DNA of 41,809 nt from Catajapyx aquilonaris. Lineage: Eukaryota. This document shows, one piece after another, positions 9,745 to 23,614 of this stretch. The notes under the pieces were generated by a model. The model saw only the letters and a program-made list of their open reading frames with translations. It had not been told where the DNA came from and made no database searches. The position numbers were made by a program, and so were the translations under genes. The stretch is taken from the NCBI GenBank assembly GCA_000934665.2, contig KZ538893.1:1-41809 (forward strand). The letters run 5' to 3'. The stretch's first letter is position 1, and each line of letters opens with the position of its first letter.

Positions 9745-12700
9745 TTAACGTGCCGATGAAGCTGGAGGTGGTGAAGGCCTTAGCTGGCTCACAGTGCATA
9801 ATGGAAGCGCTGGAGAAATGCCAGGACGGAGCGGCAACACATCCGAAGCTAGTCGTCAAGCTTAGAAAACTTTATACATCGGTAACGGGTTTGTTCCGTG
9901 TTACGTCGACCATTTACGATAAGATCCCATATTTTTCAGATTGGCTTGACTACCTTCGCAAAGTCAGTTTTCTTCTACCTGGCTGTTGGGATGAATAAGC
10001 AAGAAAAGCATCCTCGTTTAGAGTGTTTGTGGGAATTTGTGGCCAAAGTTGCTGCCCTGAATATGAAGGAGGAGGAGAAGGAGGAGGAGAAGCCGGAGAC
10101 AGAGGATGACGAATTGGATGATTTGATGGCTCCTTTTCTGAAGGAACTGGTCTGGTTTTTAAGCGAAATGTCACGCTCCACGATCACCCATGTGCGTTTG
10201 CACGCATGTGAGATTGCGAATTGCCTACTGGATGTGTCGAAAAGTGATGGGTTTGACACGGAACTGTTCGATCAGCTGGTGGAAATGATGCTGACTAAAT
10301 TAAAGGACAAGGTATGAAAGTATGGTTCAAATATGGGTCAAAAATGGTCTAAATATTCAGTATTTCGATAGTACTGACATCACAAACTAGCAATTATGAT
10401 TGCCAAACATTAACTGCAATGTAACTAGCAGCTTATGACATTAGAGCTGATCAGTAGTTTGATCATGCTCCTTTCCCTTCGGAGTCACTTTTATCCTGAT
10501 TTATGAGCTCTTAATGACCCACACTCGAGAACGTAACGTATCATTTTATGCCGCAGTTACTTCATTGTATATTCTTTACCAATAGATGGCTTCTGTCCGG
10601 GCGAAGGCCGCCTTAGCCTTGAAACGCCTGCAGATTCCGAGCGACAGAGATTGCCCGGTTACCACGCAGTACTTGTTCCACCTAAGTAATGATCCAAGTG
10701 TTGAAGTTCGTACGGCTATCTTGACGTGCTTGGTGGCCACTGTCCGTGCCCTTCCGCATGTTGTAGATCGCACTAGGGACACAAGTGACGCAATTAGGTG
10801 CAAGGCCTTCACCTTCATATCCAAAAAGGTTCACTTCAGGGCACTCACCATCTCTTCAAGAAACAGGCTGCTCAAGGAAGGACTTAAAGATCCTGGTAAT
10901 ATTTTTATTGCTTTTGTGTGTGGATGGGTGTGTTTGTGTGCGCATGTCTGCTGTAGTGAGCAATGTTAGGGATAATCATTGTTAGACTTTGAGAGATACT
11001 GACTAATATTTTATTGCCGTCCAGTTGAGAATGTGCGTAAGACTGTGGAGGTGGAACTGATTCCGGCTTGGCTTCGCAACTTTGATGACAACATTGTGCA
11101 ATTTTTGGAGGGCTTTCGTGTGGACATCAACACTGAAGTTGGGGTCCATGTTCTCAACGCCATTTTGATGTGAGTCTTGCTAATCACTCTTATTGTCTTG
11201 CAAAGTAAATGTGATTTTGGGAGAATTAATTGTGATTTTATTATTGCGTACCAAACGTGGCTGGATTTGTGCTAGTTACTGACAAATTAAAAGCATGTTC
11301 CAACACCTGTCCTGCTGGAATTTTTAAAATTACATTGTTTATGTCTTGTGTCGTCCTGTTCGCTTGCTGTTGTGGCAGATGTAATCTTAGTTTTTCATTA
11401 TTATATGCGTAGGCGTGTGCCAACGAAAGAGCTGCTGGAAAAATTTAACTTGTTGGATCCTGCAACGAAGCTGATTCCCAAGGAAGAACTAGGCCCGGAA
11501 AACGCATTGTACTGGAGGGTCCTGTGCGAGTGCCTGTGCAAAAAGGAGGGAGAACAAGCCATTGAAGAGATCATGCCAGAACTTTCCAAGTATTGCAATT
11601 ACCTGAAAAGGTAAGTGATAGCTCATTGTATACTAGGCAATGGAGACAGTCTAACAAATTTTTTCCCATAGCATTTTCCATGACTTGCCAGCCATTGAAG
11701 GTGAGAGAGAACAGCAAAAGGCCGAATTTGTTGCTGAGCAGCTTCTCATTATGGCCAAAATGTTTGACATGTCGGATGAAGTTGGAAGGTAATCCTGTTT
11801 TCTTTTAAGGATAGGAAGGTATTAATATCTCAGCTTGACAATTTTAGTTGATTAAACATTTTAGTGTCCCCACATAATGGGGAAGGTGTTATAGTTTTTA
11901 TAATTTGTTGTATGTGTCACTTCAGAAATCATCTGGAGATGCTGATCGGGACATTGCTGGCCTCGGTGACTCTCCCAATATCACTGGTGTCTTCCCTTGT
12001 ATCATGCATGGACCGTGTGATCCCAAATCCTACTCAGCGCCTGTGCAAGCTGGCTGAAATAGTGGCAGACATCCGTGAGCCATTGACACAGGTGGTCCAG
12101 GTGGATAGCGAGGAGGACGTGAGAAAAAAGAAGCTGGCGCAGGCAGAATTGCGCGTGAAGTATCAGCTGCTCAGAGATGATTTGGAGATGGCTGTGGAGC
12201 GACAAAATTTTGGGGAAGCCCAGGAGCTGAAGGATAAGATCAAAGAAATTGAAAATGAGTTGCAGGATATGGAGCAAAGCTGTACTCCAATGGTCACAGA
12301 GGTGGGCGCACATCTTCCGCTTGAAATTCCCCATGGACGGTGCTCCTAGGTAAAAATGACAATCAGAAATATTTTTCTTTTAGATGCGCACACTTCGCAA
12401 GGATGACGAGACAACCATCAAGAGCCTGAAGATCGTGTGCTGCATGCTTGAAGGCTCTAAAGTGAATTCTCTCAGCTCCACCATCTGCTCCCTGAAGGAC
12501 AACTTTATCACTGAATGCTTGCAGGTGAGCATGATGCGGTTTCTTCTAAACGTGCAGGAGAGTTTGTACGTCTTTAATTACCTTCCAGAGTGACAATGAA
12601 GATATTCGCTACTGGTGTTTTAAGGCCCTGGGTCTCTGCTGCCTCCTTAAGAGAGATGTTGCCAAGGAGCATTTCCCACTTTTTAAACAGGTCATGAGTT

Positions 12701-13863
12701 GCCCTTGCATTTATAAGTTGCATGGCCAGACCCGAACTGAACCAAAGAATGCCTGATGTTTTTCATTTCCCGCAGGCCATGTACATTGAGGGGAATGATC
12801 TCATACTCATGTGCGTGAAAATCGTCTGCGACTTGATTATTGTGTTTGGTTTGGATGCCTTTGACATCAAGTGCACTGAAGACATGTTTGAAGAGGAGGT
12901 GACGGAAGCCAATGCGGAGGCCAATTGCGTTGTGTTCATTTATCAGCTGATGCTCACCTGTAAGGCGGAGGTAAGCAAGTGGTATGCGCGTCAACTTGCA
13001 CTTGGTATAAGCCAGTGCTTCCCTTCTAGGATGTCGACATTCAACAGTATGCTGCTAGGAGCCTGTGCAAGATGCTTTTGTTTAAGCGCCTCCATTCCTT
13101 GGCCTTGCTCAAGAAGCTGCTGCTCATGTGGCACGACCCTCAATATAGTAGGTGTTTAACAGTAGTCATGAAAGTAGTGTGTGCAGCATGAATGCAATTT
13201 AATGCGCATTTTACGTAGTGTGAAGTCGCTGTGAACTGGCCAGAAATACATAATTAACACCATGTTTTCACATCCCTTAGAAGACGACAAGGAGCTGATC
13301 TACACATTGGGCACATTTTTCGGCATGTACGGACAGAAGTATGGCAATCAGTGTGCTGTGGCGGATGTTTTCTTTCCCGTTCTGGAAGAGGTGGAGTCTG
13401 CCCCAGAGGCCTCGACACTCTGCTCTGTGGATGTGCCCGCTATGATCAAGACCTTGGCTGGCTTGACCTACCGTGGCAACTGCAGGGAAAATGATGATAG
13501 TGGTTCTAAACCCTGCCTTCATGCCAAATTGGCCTTAGCTGCTTTGGAAAAGGTGCGGAACAGACCAAGAGATTGTTCGATGTGGGTTAAGGTGGTCAGC
13601 AACATGCATATCGACACTGATGACCAGGCAGTTACTCGGCAAATCCATGATATGGCACAGGTCTGCCTGAAGGTACGGCGTTATTTCCTTGTCACGACAT
13701 TGTCAATGCTATTGCAATGCACGTGTGACTAATTTTTAATCCCTCTCTTTTGTCCATTCAGAGTGTGATGGAAAGAGGCTTGTGTAGAACCCTGACTGTA
13801 TTCATTGGCCGCTTGCCTGATTTTGATGATGAGATGGATAAAGAAGGGAAAGGTGAAGGATGA
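9741..13863 (+). CDS. NCAPG: Condensin complex subunit 3 (Cap-G/NCAPG), 13 exons, about 902 aa
   Basis: Exons 9741-9881, 9940-10311, 10586-10895, 11025-11169, 11413-11610, 11672-11788, 11926-12301, 12384-12524, 12589-12690, 12776-12970, 13030-13147, 13281-13672 and 13762-13863. All introns are GT-AG with consistent phases (2709 nt in total). Cap-G HEAT motifs include KLVVKLRKLY, LKDKMASVRAKAALALKRLQ, NDPSVEVRTAIL, RTRDTSDAIR, PENALYWR, EFVAEQLL..FDMSDEVGR and KALGLCCLL. An in-frame TGA at 9717 lies upstream of the ATG. Confidence 0.95.
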
Positions 13864-13953
13864 CGAGATGAGTCTCACCGACCTCTCCGTAGCTAGTCCA
13901 GCTCGTAAGCTTGCGAAAGAATGACTGGAGAGAAGTTTTAATGTCTTTGCTGA

Positions 13954-13959
13954 AATAAA
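13954..13959 (+). terminator. Candidate polyadenylation signal of Cap-G
   Basis: AATAAA shortly after the end of the last coding exon. Confidence 0.55.
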
Positions 13960-15029
13960 AATCACCTTATAGCAGCTTATACTAGGAAAGTACAGTATGC
14001 TCTGGTTTATGCAAGTAACCGCAATAATATCCCTGCGATCTACAGTAATAACTTCGGGGAAGTCTTTTGGGAGAGGGAGATGTGTACTGTGTGTGGAGAG
14101 GCTACTTGTACTGTACAGTGTATTACAATATGGAGGGAAGTAGGGGGTGGTTGGAGCAGTGGTACTACTGTACGAGGTCAAGGCTGATTTTATAAGGGTA
14201 GGCTGGATGCAAATGTTATTATGGGTTTTGAAATTGCCATTCGGAGGATACAGAAATCGCATTTTGCTAACTCCATTTTACTCGTAAAACTGGTCAACAA
14301 CTTCCATATTTTTTACTTCCTTGTTCCATGTGATGCCAAAAATAGTAACTGAATTTCTCTAAGGACCGAAGATGGCTAGCCTAGAAAAATGGTGACGCAG
14401 GATGATTTTATAAAAATAAAAATATATTCACTTGCTGATACTCCACACTCAATATACACATGAAATCCTCAAAGTAAAGCGAAGGACTAAAATGTTAAAA
14501 TTTGCACATATACAGTACCATCATGACTTGTAGTTAAGCAACCATTCATCGTAGGGACGAACAAAGTTGGTGCACAGGCAGCACATACTCGGTTGGTCAA
14601 TATCGGACAAGATCATGTCAAAAGGCAGGACAATTGTTGCAGTGAATGCCATCCTCCTTCAAAAGCTCATTTATTTCTATGTAGGATGGTGCTATCAACT
14701 ACAATATTGACCAGGTAAGCTCGAAACATGGTCTCTATGACTAAGGTCCGATGTCCAGTGTGTCCGATCAAATCAGTCATAGCGGGAAGTCGTACGTATA
14801 TATACCAAGGTCATTATGCCAGATGCACGCTTATGCAGCATTCTATTATTCACAAAGCTGTAATATTGGCTGGTCTTTACGACTCAACAGAAACAAGTAT
14901 GCCATTACCCTCTTCAATACAGTATACAGCATTCCTCTTGGGTAGCGTGTTTATGAATAAAGGATCCCTGCCTGGATCGGTTGGTTTCATCCGACCGCCA
15001 CAATTTTCGGTGAAAGTTGTTCATAATAA

Positions 15030-15503
15030 TGTGAAAAGTGAAACTTAGTTTTGTCCATATTCCGGTTTTGTAAAAATCCGCATTTTAAATTCACAATTTT
15101 GCATTTTTTTCAATGTTAAAATCTCTTAAAGAGATAGTAGAAATGTAGATATTTTTCATTTTATTATTTTAAACAATAGTATAACTTACAACTCCCAATT
15201 TTTAGAGCAGTATATGGATCACTAAACATACATTCAATGAATTAAAAATGAATTTTCACTGCTGGTTACACAGGTTGATATTGGTGAACATATGGACTCA
15301 TTAATATCATTAATTACATATCAATGGACAATTTTGACATATAAAAATTAATAAGTCACACTTTACCATTGCTTGAACATTTAATATCCAATTATGAAAT
15401 GTTTCTGGCCCCTCCTATCGTGATTTTTAAAAATTGAAAATAATGATGAAAAGCTGATTTTCGCAATACCAGAATAGAGAGAACAAATGAGTTTCAATTT
15501 TGG
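15030..15503. mobile_element. Old, degenerate MITE-like element
   Basis: Imperfect inverted repeats of about 50 bp (AAAAGTGAAACTTAG...GTAAAAATCCGC versus GCTGATTTTCGCAATACC...GAGTTTCAATTTT) around an AT-rich core. The boundaries are uncertain. Confidence 0.4.
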
Positions 15504-18332
15504 TTATACGACCGACTACGACGAAAATTTAACTTATGACAATCCACTCCCGAATCTACAGTCAGTTAATTACCAGCTGTTGCCGTCAAAATTATTTACT
15601 GAGCAATAATTGGCTTGAAAGAAACAACACTCCATTGTGCGTGAGTATATTCGCTTGCCCAGTAAATATACAACAGTAATAATGTTGTGTCCAAGACGAC
15701 TTCCTGAACGCCCCTCGTAATTCGTCCCACTTGGCAACCACTTAGCATTCTTTAATCATTTCTTATTGTTGGAGATAGGAAAGGAGAGGCGTTCTAAACT
15801 TAGATTGTTCTGAGTAAAGCGACTGCAGTCGTAGCATTGGGGGCTGCGTGATTGCCAACCATTACCCAGCATGCGCCCTTGATGCAATAATGCGTGGCTT
15901 TAGCACTCATCATGTGGCACTTTTTATTCCCTCCACTCTGCTTATCTTGGCCTTATCGTGACTAAATAATTCTACTCCACTTGGAATAAGTGATTGGTCA
16001 AAGTCATCCCTTCCGAATAGATTGGAATAAAATATGTGACGACCGTTCCTGCTTTCATCGACTCAAAAAGAGATATCCCAGACAACGTTTTATTGCCAAA
16101 CATACTACATGCAATGGTTCCCAATAGAACAAGCTCTCTCCTGACCTCAAGCTCAACCAACTAGCCACTGATAAATTCGCACTGCACGAAAAGGAAAATG
16201 GACGCTTGCTATTTCTGGATGCAATTTGACTCATTAGTACGCAATGTTGGGCTCCACATAGAACAATTAACAGACCAGGGTAATATTGTGAAAATGGCGG
16301 AATGTCAGCAAGTACCAGCATGAACATGCGTTGCTAAACAGACGCCTTGCCATTTTCATTGTGCCATACCGCCATTTTCAACTGAAATATCTAGGCCCAG
16401 AAATACCCAACGTAGACTTATCCTACTTGATGCCATCGCTTCCTGTCATACCTATCCAGCCGCCTTTTTGTCTCAGATAAATGTCGGCCTTTTGATGCGC
16501 AATGCGAGCGGCAGACAAATCGAAAAGCACGCCGGGCTTTCTGAATAGAACATTATGCCTAGGCGCGCTGAAGCAGCACATTTTCAAACATTGCCTGGTC
16601 GTCCAATACATCTGTCACTGTCTCAGTTCTGACAATCTTCACGTGGTAGAGGCTCCTCTCACATTCCCCTTGCATCTCATTCCTCCCATCCCTGTAGTTG
16701 AGGATTTTATGGCTTAGTCGGCCATTTTGTTGTTGCATGAATGTGATTCGCATGGTAATTCTAGCAACATCTGTACTGCATGCGAAAGAAGGATCCGGAT
16801 GCACTTGTGCGCTAGAAGTCCCTAATTTTTTCCGTCGTGGGCGGCGCGGCGTCGCGTCGGTGTTGATGGTGCTGGCACCTGGCAACCTCGCCGCAGCGCC
16901 GGCCACGCCGCGCCGGCGCGGCGCGGCGCGGCGGGCGGAGGAGCGCGAATTCAAACATCAGTACGTGATGGGCGCTTAGAGTGTCCTTGCCATTGTTGCC
17001 ACTGTTTGCACGGAGCGAGTGATTCTGGGCGACCCAGCGACGGGATAAGCTATAGTGACTAATATCAACACTCATAATATTATGCAGACATGTTATTTCG
17101 TAGTGTTCAATTCCTCTAAAGCAGCTATCATTCAAGACATAGTTGCCTATCTCCACTTGACCATTTTATTATAAGATCATAAGTTCTTGTCGGGGGCCAA
17201 GAGACTAATATGATTAAAATTCGGTTTCCAGCCCCCCTTTGGAGCCTTATCGGGAGGGATTGGGGCTCCAAACACTTGCGTGTCTCCGATGGGACTAAGA
17301 GTGTCCCATTATCAAGCCATTCTTAATTTTAACTTCACGACGAGTCCGATAAAGCCTCATTAGTTCCAAATAATGTTGTTTCGTGAAGTGGAAGGTGCTT
17401 TCGCTAGGATCGTTCAAGCACTAATTCCTGCATTTACATTTACCTTCGAAGAGGGTAGGGAGAGATGTAATTGGTAGCAAACTAGCAACAACAGCAAAGC
17501 TTTGGAAGCCTCAGAAAGTGCAACCATATTTTGTAAGCTTCACATGACAGGGTATCAAGTTATTAGTGGCTCGATACAGCACTGCAGTTGACAGAGTATA
17601 TTAAATCCTTAGCACATATGTACACAGCTTCGTAAAGACAAGCAGGTATACCATAGCTTTAGAAATTAATAGGCAATCAGGGAGCAGTGACTTATACTAT
17701 CAACTCTTCACTTTTCCGCCTTTCGCCGTAAACCTAAAGATTGCCTAAAGAGGCAGTATATTCCAGCTAAAAAGGAAGCCTAATAATTATTGAATATGGG
17801 CATTCTAATATCAATCCACATATATGTACCGTATGTAAGTCGACCCAGAACTATATTGTAAAACTGAAGGTTTTCTTAAAATGTGTTATAAAAATATATC
17901 TGCCTTAACTGACTAGTGTTCAGTCGTTGCTTTTTCGCGAAACTTACAACAATTGTGTGTCCCGCAATGTTAAACATAATTTATATAGAACCTTAAACAT
18001 TTGCAGTAGGCAAATCTACAGTAGGTAAAAGCTATAAAGAGAATATCGGAAAAGGACTTACATTCAGAAGCAGTTTCGAATACTTCCATTTTTCCTAGGG
18101 GTATACTCACCATATTATCAGACACCAAGTAATCCGATCTCTCTCAACAAAAAAGCACGTCGCTTCTATAGTGATTTTAAAACCCAAGGATTAGACATGA
18201 AAGTAGAGTAATCAGGAAGTTTCTTGGTAATTTTTACAAAATACAAAACCTGTCTGTAACAGGTCCTGGAAACAGCGAAAACTTTTCCATTGTAAAACTT
18301 TTGCTTGCTACCAGCGCAGCATATTGAATGTA

Positions 18333-18700
18333 CAGGGTGACCCAAAAGTCTGCACACGGCTACAGCGTCCCTTATGCGTATCAGTTCTTTCCTTGGCTTG
18401 GTAGGTTGTTCACATGACCTCTTAAGAACCAATATTTCGCGAGGTAATGTGAGACCTTGAGAAACCCGTGAAATTGCCCCCTCTGTCGATCCATAACCCC
18501 CCCTCCCCCCCATGCAACTCGCTATTCAGATGAAGCCTGATGATGAAGCTGTATTGCGGTGGTACATCATCTTGTTGGAAGGCAGTTGTATCTGGTAACT
18601 GGAGAAGATCGTCATTCTCCAGCATGTCCGGGTACAAGTCCCCATCAGTCATGGAGGATCGGTACAGGTGGGACAATTGCAAAACCTCCTACAGTAGGCT
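18333..18700 (-). pseudogene. Decayed Tc1/mariner (DDD/E) transposase fragment with its 3' TIR
   Basis: GDLYPDMLEN...AFQQDDVPPQY..IIRLHLN...WIDRGG and KPRKELIRIRDAVA resemble the 'YLdMLe...FQQDGAPPHy..VR.fL....WIGRGG...eL..rIr.a' motifs. The fragment is frameshifted, and a TA+CAGGGTG terminus lies at 18331-18339. Confidence 0.8.
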
Positions 18701-21700
18701 ACTTCAGACTTAATCCCAATAATTTCTTCTGCAGGTTCGTGTGAAAACATCTGTCAGGACAAGGTCAGAAATTACCTTCGGCATAAGGGAAGCGGTAATA
18801 TATTGTGCAGTGCCGTCCTCGAAGTGTCCTTTCTGATGGTCATGCCTGTTTTCTTCTAGAGACATTATAACCCCCTTCATAATTTAAACTTGCAACATTA
18901 CTATTCGCTCTCCGGCTTCAAGGTCTCCGTGCTAACATACGAGTCAAAGGTCAAAGTCTATAAACACGGTTTTTATAGCTTTAGGGCAGCTTTTTTCTAT
19001 ACAGTGCAGTGGCTTCAATAGCCTATAGGCCTACTGTACATGTATGTTATGTTCCTAAAATACACTGCCTTTCAATTAGCGATCACTTTCTCATCACTAT
19101 TACATGCCTAATTACTCTCCCGGCTCCATGCATACCACAATGCAGTATACGCTGTGCAATTAGTGATTTTTCTTAATAGAATTTTCAGCACAGTTCTTTT
19201 CCGCGTGAACCGTTATGGAGTGCATCAAATCCTATTTTTAAACCACATCTGGGAAGGAAATGAGAGCGATAACTACGTACAAACAGACTGCAATAATCCC
19301 CAGCAAAATTACAGTAATGGAGCGCATAAACATTAGACAAAAAAGTTACATCTCAGTACCCAATGCATTGGCAGGAAGTTAATGGTCACATTAAATCTGA
19401 ACTAAACTGCTCAAAACACGTCAAGCAGCAATATTGCACATTTAATAACCCGAATGATCACCCGTTTTGAAAATGACAGATACATAAACAGGCTCTATAT
19501 ACCTTTACATTTAGTTTGCCAACAATACACATGTATTGGTTATCGCCTGACGGGAATGCACTGGCACCATTGTTTTCTTCCAATTTGGCTCCCTATTTGT
19601 TGTGCGAGTATCGCGTTGGGAGAGAATACATTTCCATAACTGTGCAGCAGAAAAGCTTTGAAGATCACTATCACCATTCCCCCAACCCCCCCTTTAATGG
19701 TAGCCGGGGATCTACCCAAAATTATGCGGCCATACAGGCGCGGGTTATGACCCTCTTCCAATGATTACTATTGGGCGTCCTGCGGCGATCATAGACTCAT
19801 TTCTAAATGCGGCGAAGTCTGCAGGCTAAAATGCATTCCCAGCCATTAGATTAGCTGATTTGTCGATCGGATGTGAGATTTTTTTCCTATGGGCCCTAGG
19901 GAACTAGGACCAGACGTATTTTTCATGCAGGCTTTGCCTCCAAACCACTTGTTTCACCAGCAATTTTGAGCGTGTAAGGCGAACCAAGTGGGCCTGCAGG
20001 ACATCAAATCCAGAATCTCATATGAGCATAATTATATTTACAAAAAACATATTACATGCTAGTGAAGCCTCCTGGCTCATTACGACTCTTTAGGTCTAAT
20101 GGACTTCAGGCAGAAAAATGCTATTTACTTTTCTCCTGTATATTATTTTTCCCATTTTGGTACCTGCGCCCTTGTTGCACGCAAGCCCCTTAATTATTGT
20201 AAGAAGACGTAAAAAAACAGGTTGATGATAATGGCTGAATGGAAGAGAAACGAGCTGCAGCGACTCTTGGAATTATTTGCCTTCAAACCGCAAATCCGGG
20301 GTTGGTAATTTGTAGGCACTTCTCTTTCGCTCCCGGAGAAGAACACTAGAACGAGGTTCCCCGTCACGCCTTTCCAATTTCCTCCAATTCAATTTCCGCT
20401 TCCCACTCCTTCCTCCTTCATTTCCTCATCGCCACGAGGGCCGGCCAAACGCAAGAAAGCCCCCGCAGGACGTGGATAATCATTCTTTACACCTGAATGT
20501 TTGAGGTCATTTAACTATACGTTCTATGCAATCAAGACAGGCCCGCGCTGCTCTAAACAATTAATATGTCGAAATTTTTTTGAATGAAGTCATGGGGTTA
20601 ATTTGGACACAAATTTTAGGTGAATATAGGACTGAAGATTTATTATTGAGTAGTCAGTAAAACAGAAATGGTTGAAGACATAATATGCAAAACGATTAGT
20701 CACAATCGAATAATTCGAGAGTATTTGAAGCTTGAAATTTACAAAAAAAATTATATGCTGTTTGTTTTGCATGTGTCACTTATTTTTCGACCAGCAGAAA
20801 CTGCCTATACCACATTGTTGCTAAAAATGTTGCCAAATTAGCATTGCTCCTTTTTTTAAAAAAATCCTCTGGCACTTACCCCTATCCAAACCCTTCTCTT
20901 GAATCTTCAAACAGCACGAGCCGCCTCAAAACTCTCACTGTGTGGCCCTTAATGACGAGCAGCCCCACACTCAGCTTCCCAAATATTCCTGGAACAGCGC
21001 CTGAGAAGCATTGTTATTGCAAAAAGATGCCAAGAAAATTCCATCCCCCCCCCTCAGGCCTAGTAGGTAGAACGTAGAAGGATCCATTCGTACTTCAATA
21101 AGCTAATTAGTAAACAAAAGCAGGCTTTACTTGAATTCTGGCAAGATTCCTCACAGGCAACAAAATCTAGTACCGCTCATTAGGTAGCAGCAAAGCCTCT
21201 CTCACGCAGACAAAAAGAAGTCCCTAATAAATTTTTTTTCTTCCACTCTCTTTCTCCACACTCGTCTTTTAGGCCATGGCCCTCAGCCAAGAAAATCTGA
21301 GAGCTGAAAAATGACTTCGATATCCCCCAGCTCGTTTCTCTCCTGCTGGCTTCCTCTTGTTGCCTGTTGGTGGCTGCATATTAAATAACTGGGGAGGAGA
21401 GAGAAGCCTTGAAGAAAACGTGCTCCCTTTCTTCTTTTCCACCTACTTTAACCGCTCACAAGACTCATTTATTTTTACACGCCCTTTATCTTGCGTTACC
21501 CCCCCCCCTCCTCCTCCTCCTCCCACTCCATACCCCCCTAGAGAAGAACCAAGTTCTTGCCTTTTCATGAGCAGTAATAGAGAAGGTAGTGGAATAATGG
21601 CTGGGGATAATGAAGTGCTACAATTTTTTTGAGTTGTCTAAAAGGAGATGTTTATTTAACTTGTAAGAGTTATTGGGGGGCTTCAAGTACCAAGTCAGTT

Positions 21701-23614
21701 GTTTCAATGTAGCCAGGTACAAATTGTCAATAAGCAGAAGAGTTGGTGTAATAGGGATGGGCAGATGTCCAAAATTGCTGTAGTTGTGAGTGAGAAACTC
21801 GTCAGGTATCCTACTCAAGAGGGCTGAAGTGATGACAGTTACATGCGTGAAAATATTTGTGAGACAATGCAACGACAGAGGGATCAAGATGAAGGGGTGA
21901 GAGAAAGAGGTCACTGCTTTCCTCTCTTTCGCACTTTAATTCGTCAGAAATATATTGTGCCTGACGTGCTTTTTGAGATACTAAACAGCTGAAGAGGCGA
22001 CTGTTGGAAATTTACATCAAAAAAGTAAGTTTATTAACTTTGGAAAGCCACAGTGAGAAACACTTGTAATGAATTTTTGTACATACCCTATGCTCCTCAA
22101 CAGAAATCTATAGCAGACTATAGTCGCTCATGTATAATGTTCGTCAGGCACTTTGGTTTAATATTGCTTCTGATATTACACTACAGCAATTAGTTCCCAC
22201 ATTGTTGGCATAGTTATGGAAGCTATTTTCCAAGCAAGTTTGAACTAAATTCATAGAGGTGATGTGGAAATAAGCCGTACAGCATCCACCCATCAACCAC
22301 TTCAATGCACTGTACAGTGTCTTACATACCTGACTGCGTCTGAAGTCGGTCTAGAGAAATGTAATTGTTGGGGCGGCAATGGTTTGTAGTGGTTAATGTC
22401 ACGGCCTTCCACCTTTGATGTCGCGAATTAAGAAAAAAAGTCCATACCAGTGGAGAAGGTACTTATAATTAGGAAAAGCCAGGGCTGGCTGGTAACACGG
22501 ATTGCCACACTCTGATGTATGACAATAATTTTAAAACGTATTCTTCCTGAAGATATTGTACATTAAATATTCCCAAGTATTATCACCTTTGCTTTAATCC
22601 ATGTAAGTTGCTCGGTCTTGGGAAACATATTTAGGGTGATCCTGGTTGATGGCACAACTTCACAGCTTCTCACGCTTACTTCCTAATTCCATGAACTTGT
22701 GAAACTATGCCTAACAAACTTGGGGCCCAACCTACTACTAGAACCAGCCACAACTACATCCTCCGGTGTTTGTACAGTAGCCTACAGCATGAGGTGAAAG
22801 TATTGCTACTAGTTTATATCCAGGCCTCGTATTACTCAAGCATCAAAAATGACATTAGAATTATACAAATTTACACTTCAGTTTATTACTATCACGGATT
22901 AGGGTGGACAATCTAAAATCAATAGTGTATATTGATATACTATGCAGTGAAGGCAACATTTTCACTAAACGATAAAGTCTAGAACTTGGGACATGAACTC
23001 ACCCTTTACCAGATCACCCTCGTTAGCACTGAGGATGAAGTTGTTGTTTTCGAAGCATAGGCCTCTAGAGGGACCATTTCAAGAATAATAGTGGTTAATT
23101 TTGAAGTGCTCCTAGTCAAAATGTCATTTTACATATATCAACAATTTGTACTTTTACTCCCTTGCTTCCTTAAATTGCACATCTGAGTCTGAAAGATTCT
23201 ACCTCGTCACAACTAAGCACCGCACTAATTGTCAACGCTAGCAGTAATCAGTCTATTTAACAGCACAGTAATAAAGACGTACAGGAAAGTACAGTGACTG
23301 TAAGGTCATACAGTTCACTGAGCTTTTATAAGCTGACACCTTCCATTTTGCTCACACTTGCTACCCTTTTACGTTCTGCTATTATGTATTACCACTGTTT
23401 CAAATACCACTTTGCGTCATTCAAACTCATTAACATCTCTCATAATAATTCATTTCTATAAAATTTGAAGTTGTATGCAATCAGTGGCGGTGTACGAGCC
23501 TACACACATAAGGTTTATCCTGGAGGATAGGCCATCCGCAACACAAACAGGCTTGGAAATGAAGACGCTCTCGGAAACAAACTCCACGTGATTCTACTAA
23601 TTCCAACCGTCCAC

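Noticed and set aside
13729..14262. 177-aa minus-strand ORF
   Set aside because: It is antisense to the last Cap-G exon and 3' UTR, has low-complexity composition, and shows no homology I can recognise.
20844..21914. Possible decayed LINE remnant
   Set aside because: Only a vague compositional resemblance; no RT or endonuclease motif could be read.
22371..22430. tRNA-like head fragment
   Set aside because: Only an A-box-like part is present and there is no B box, so it is too degenerate to call.
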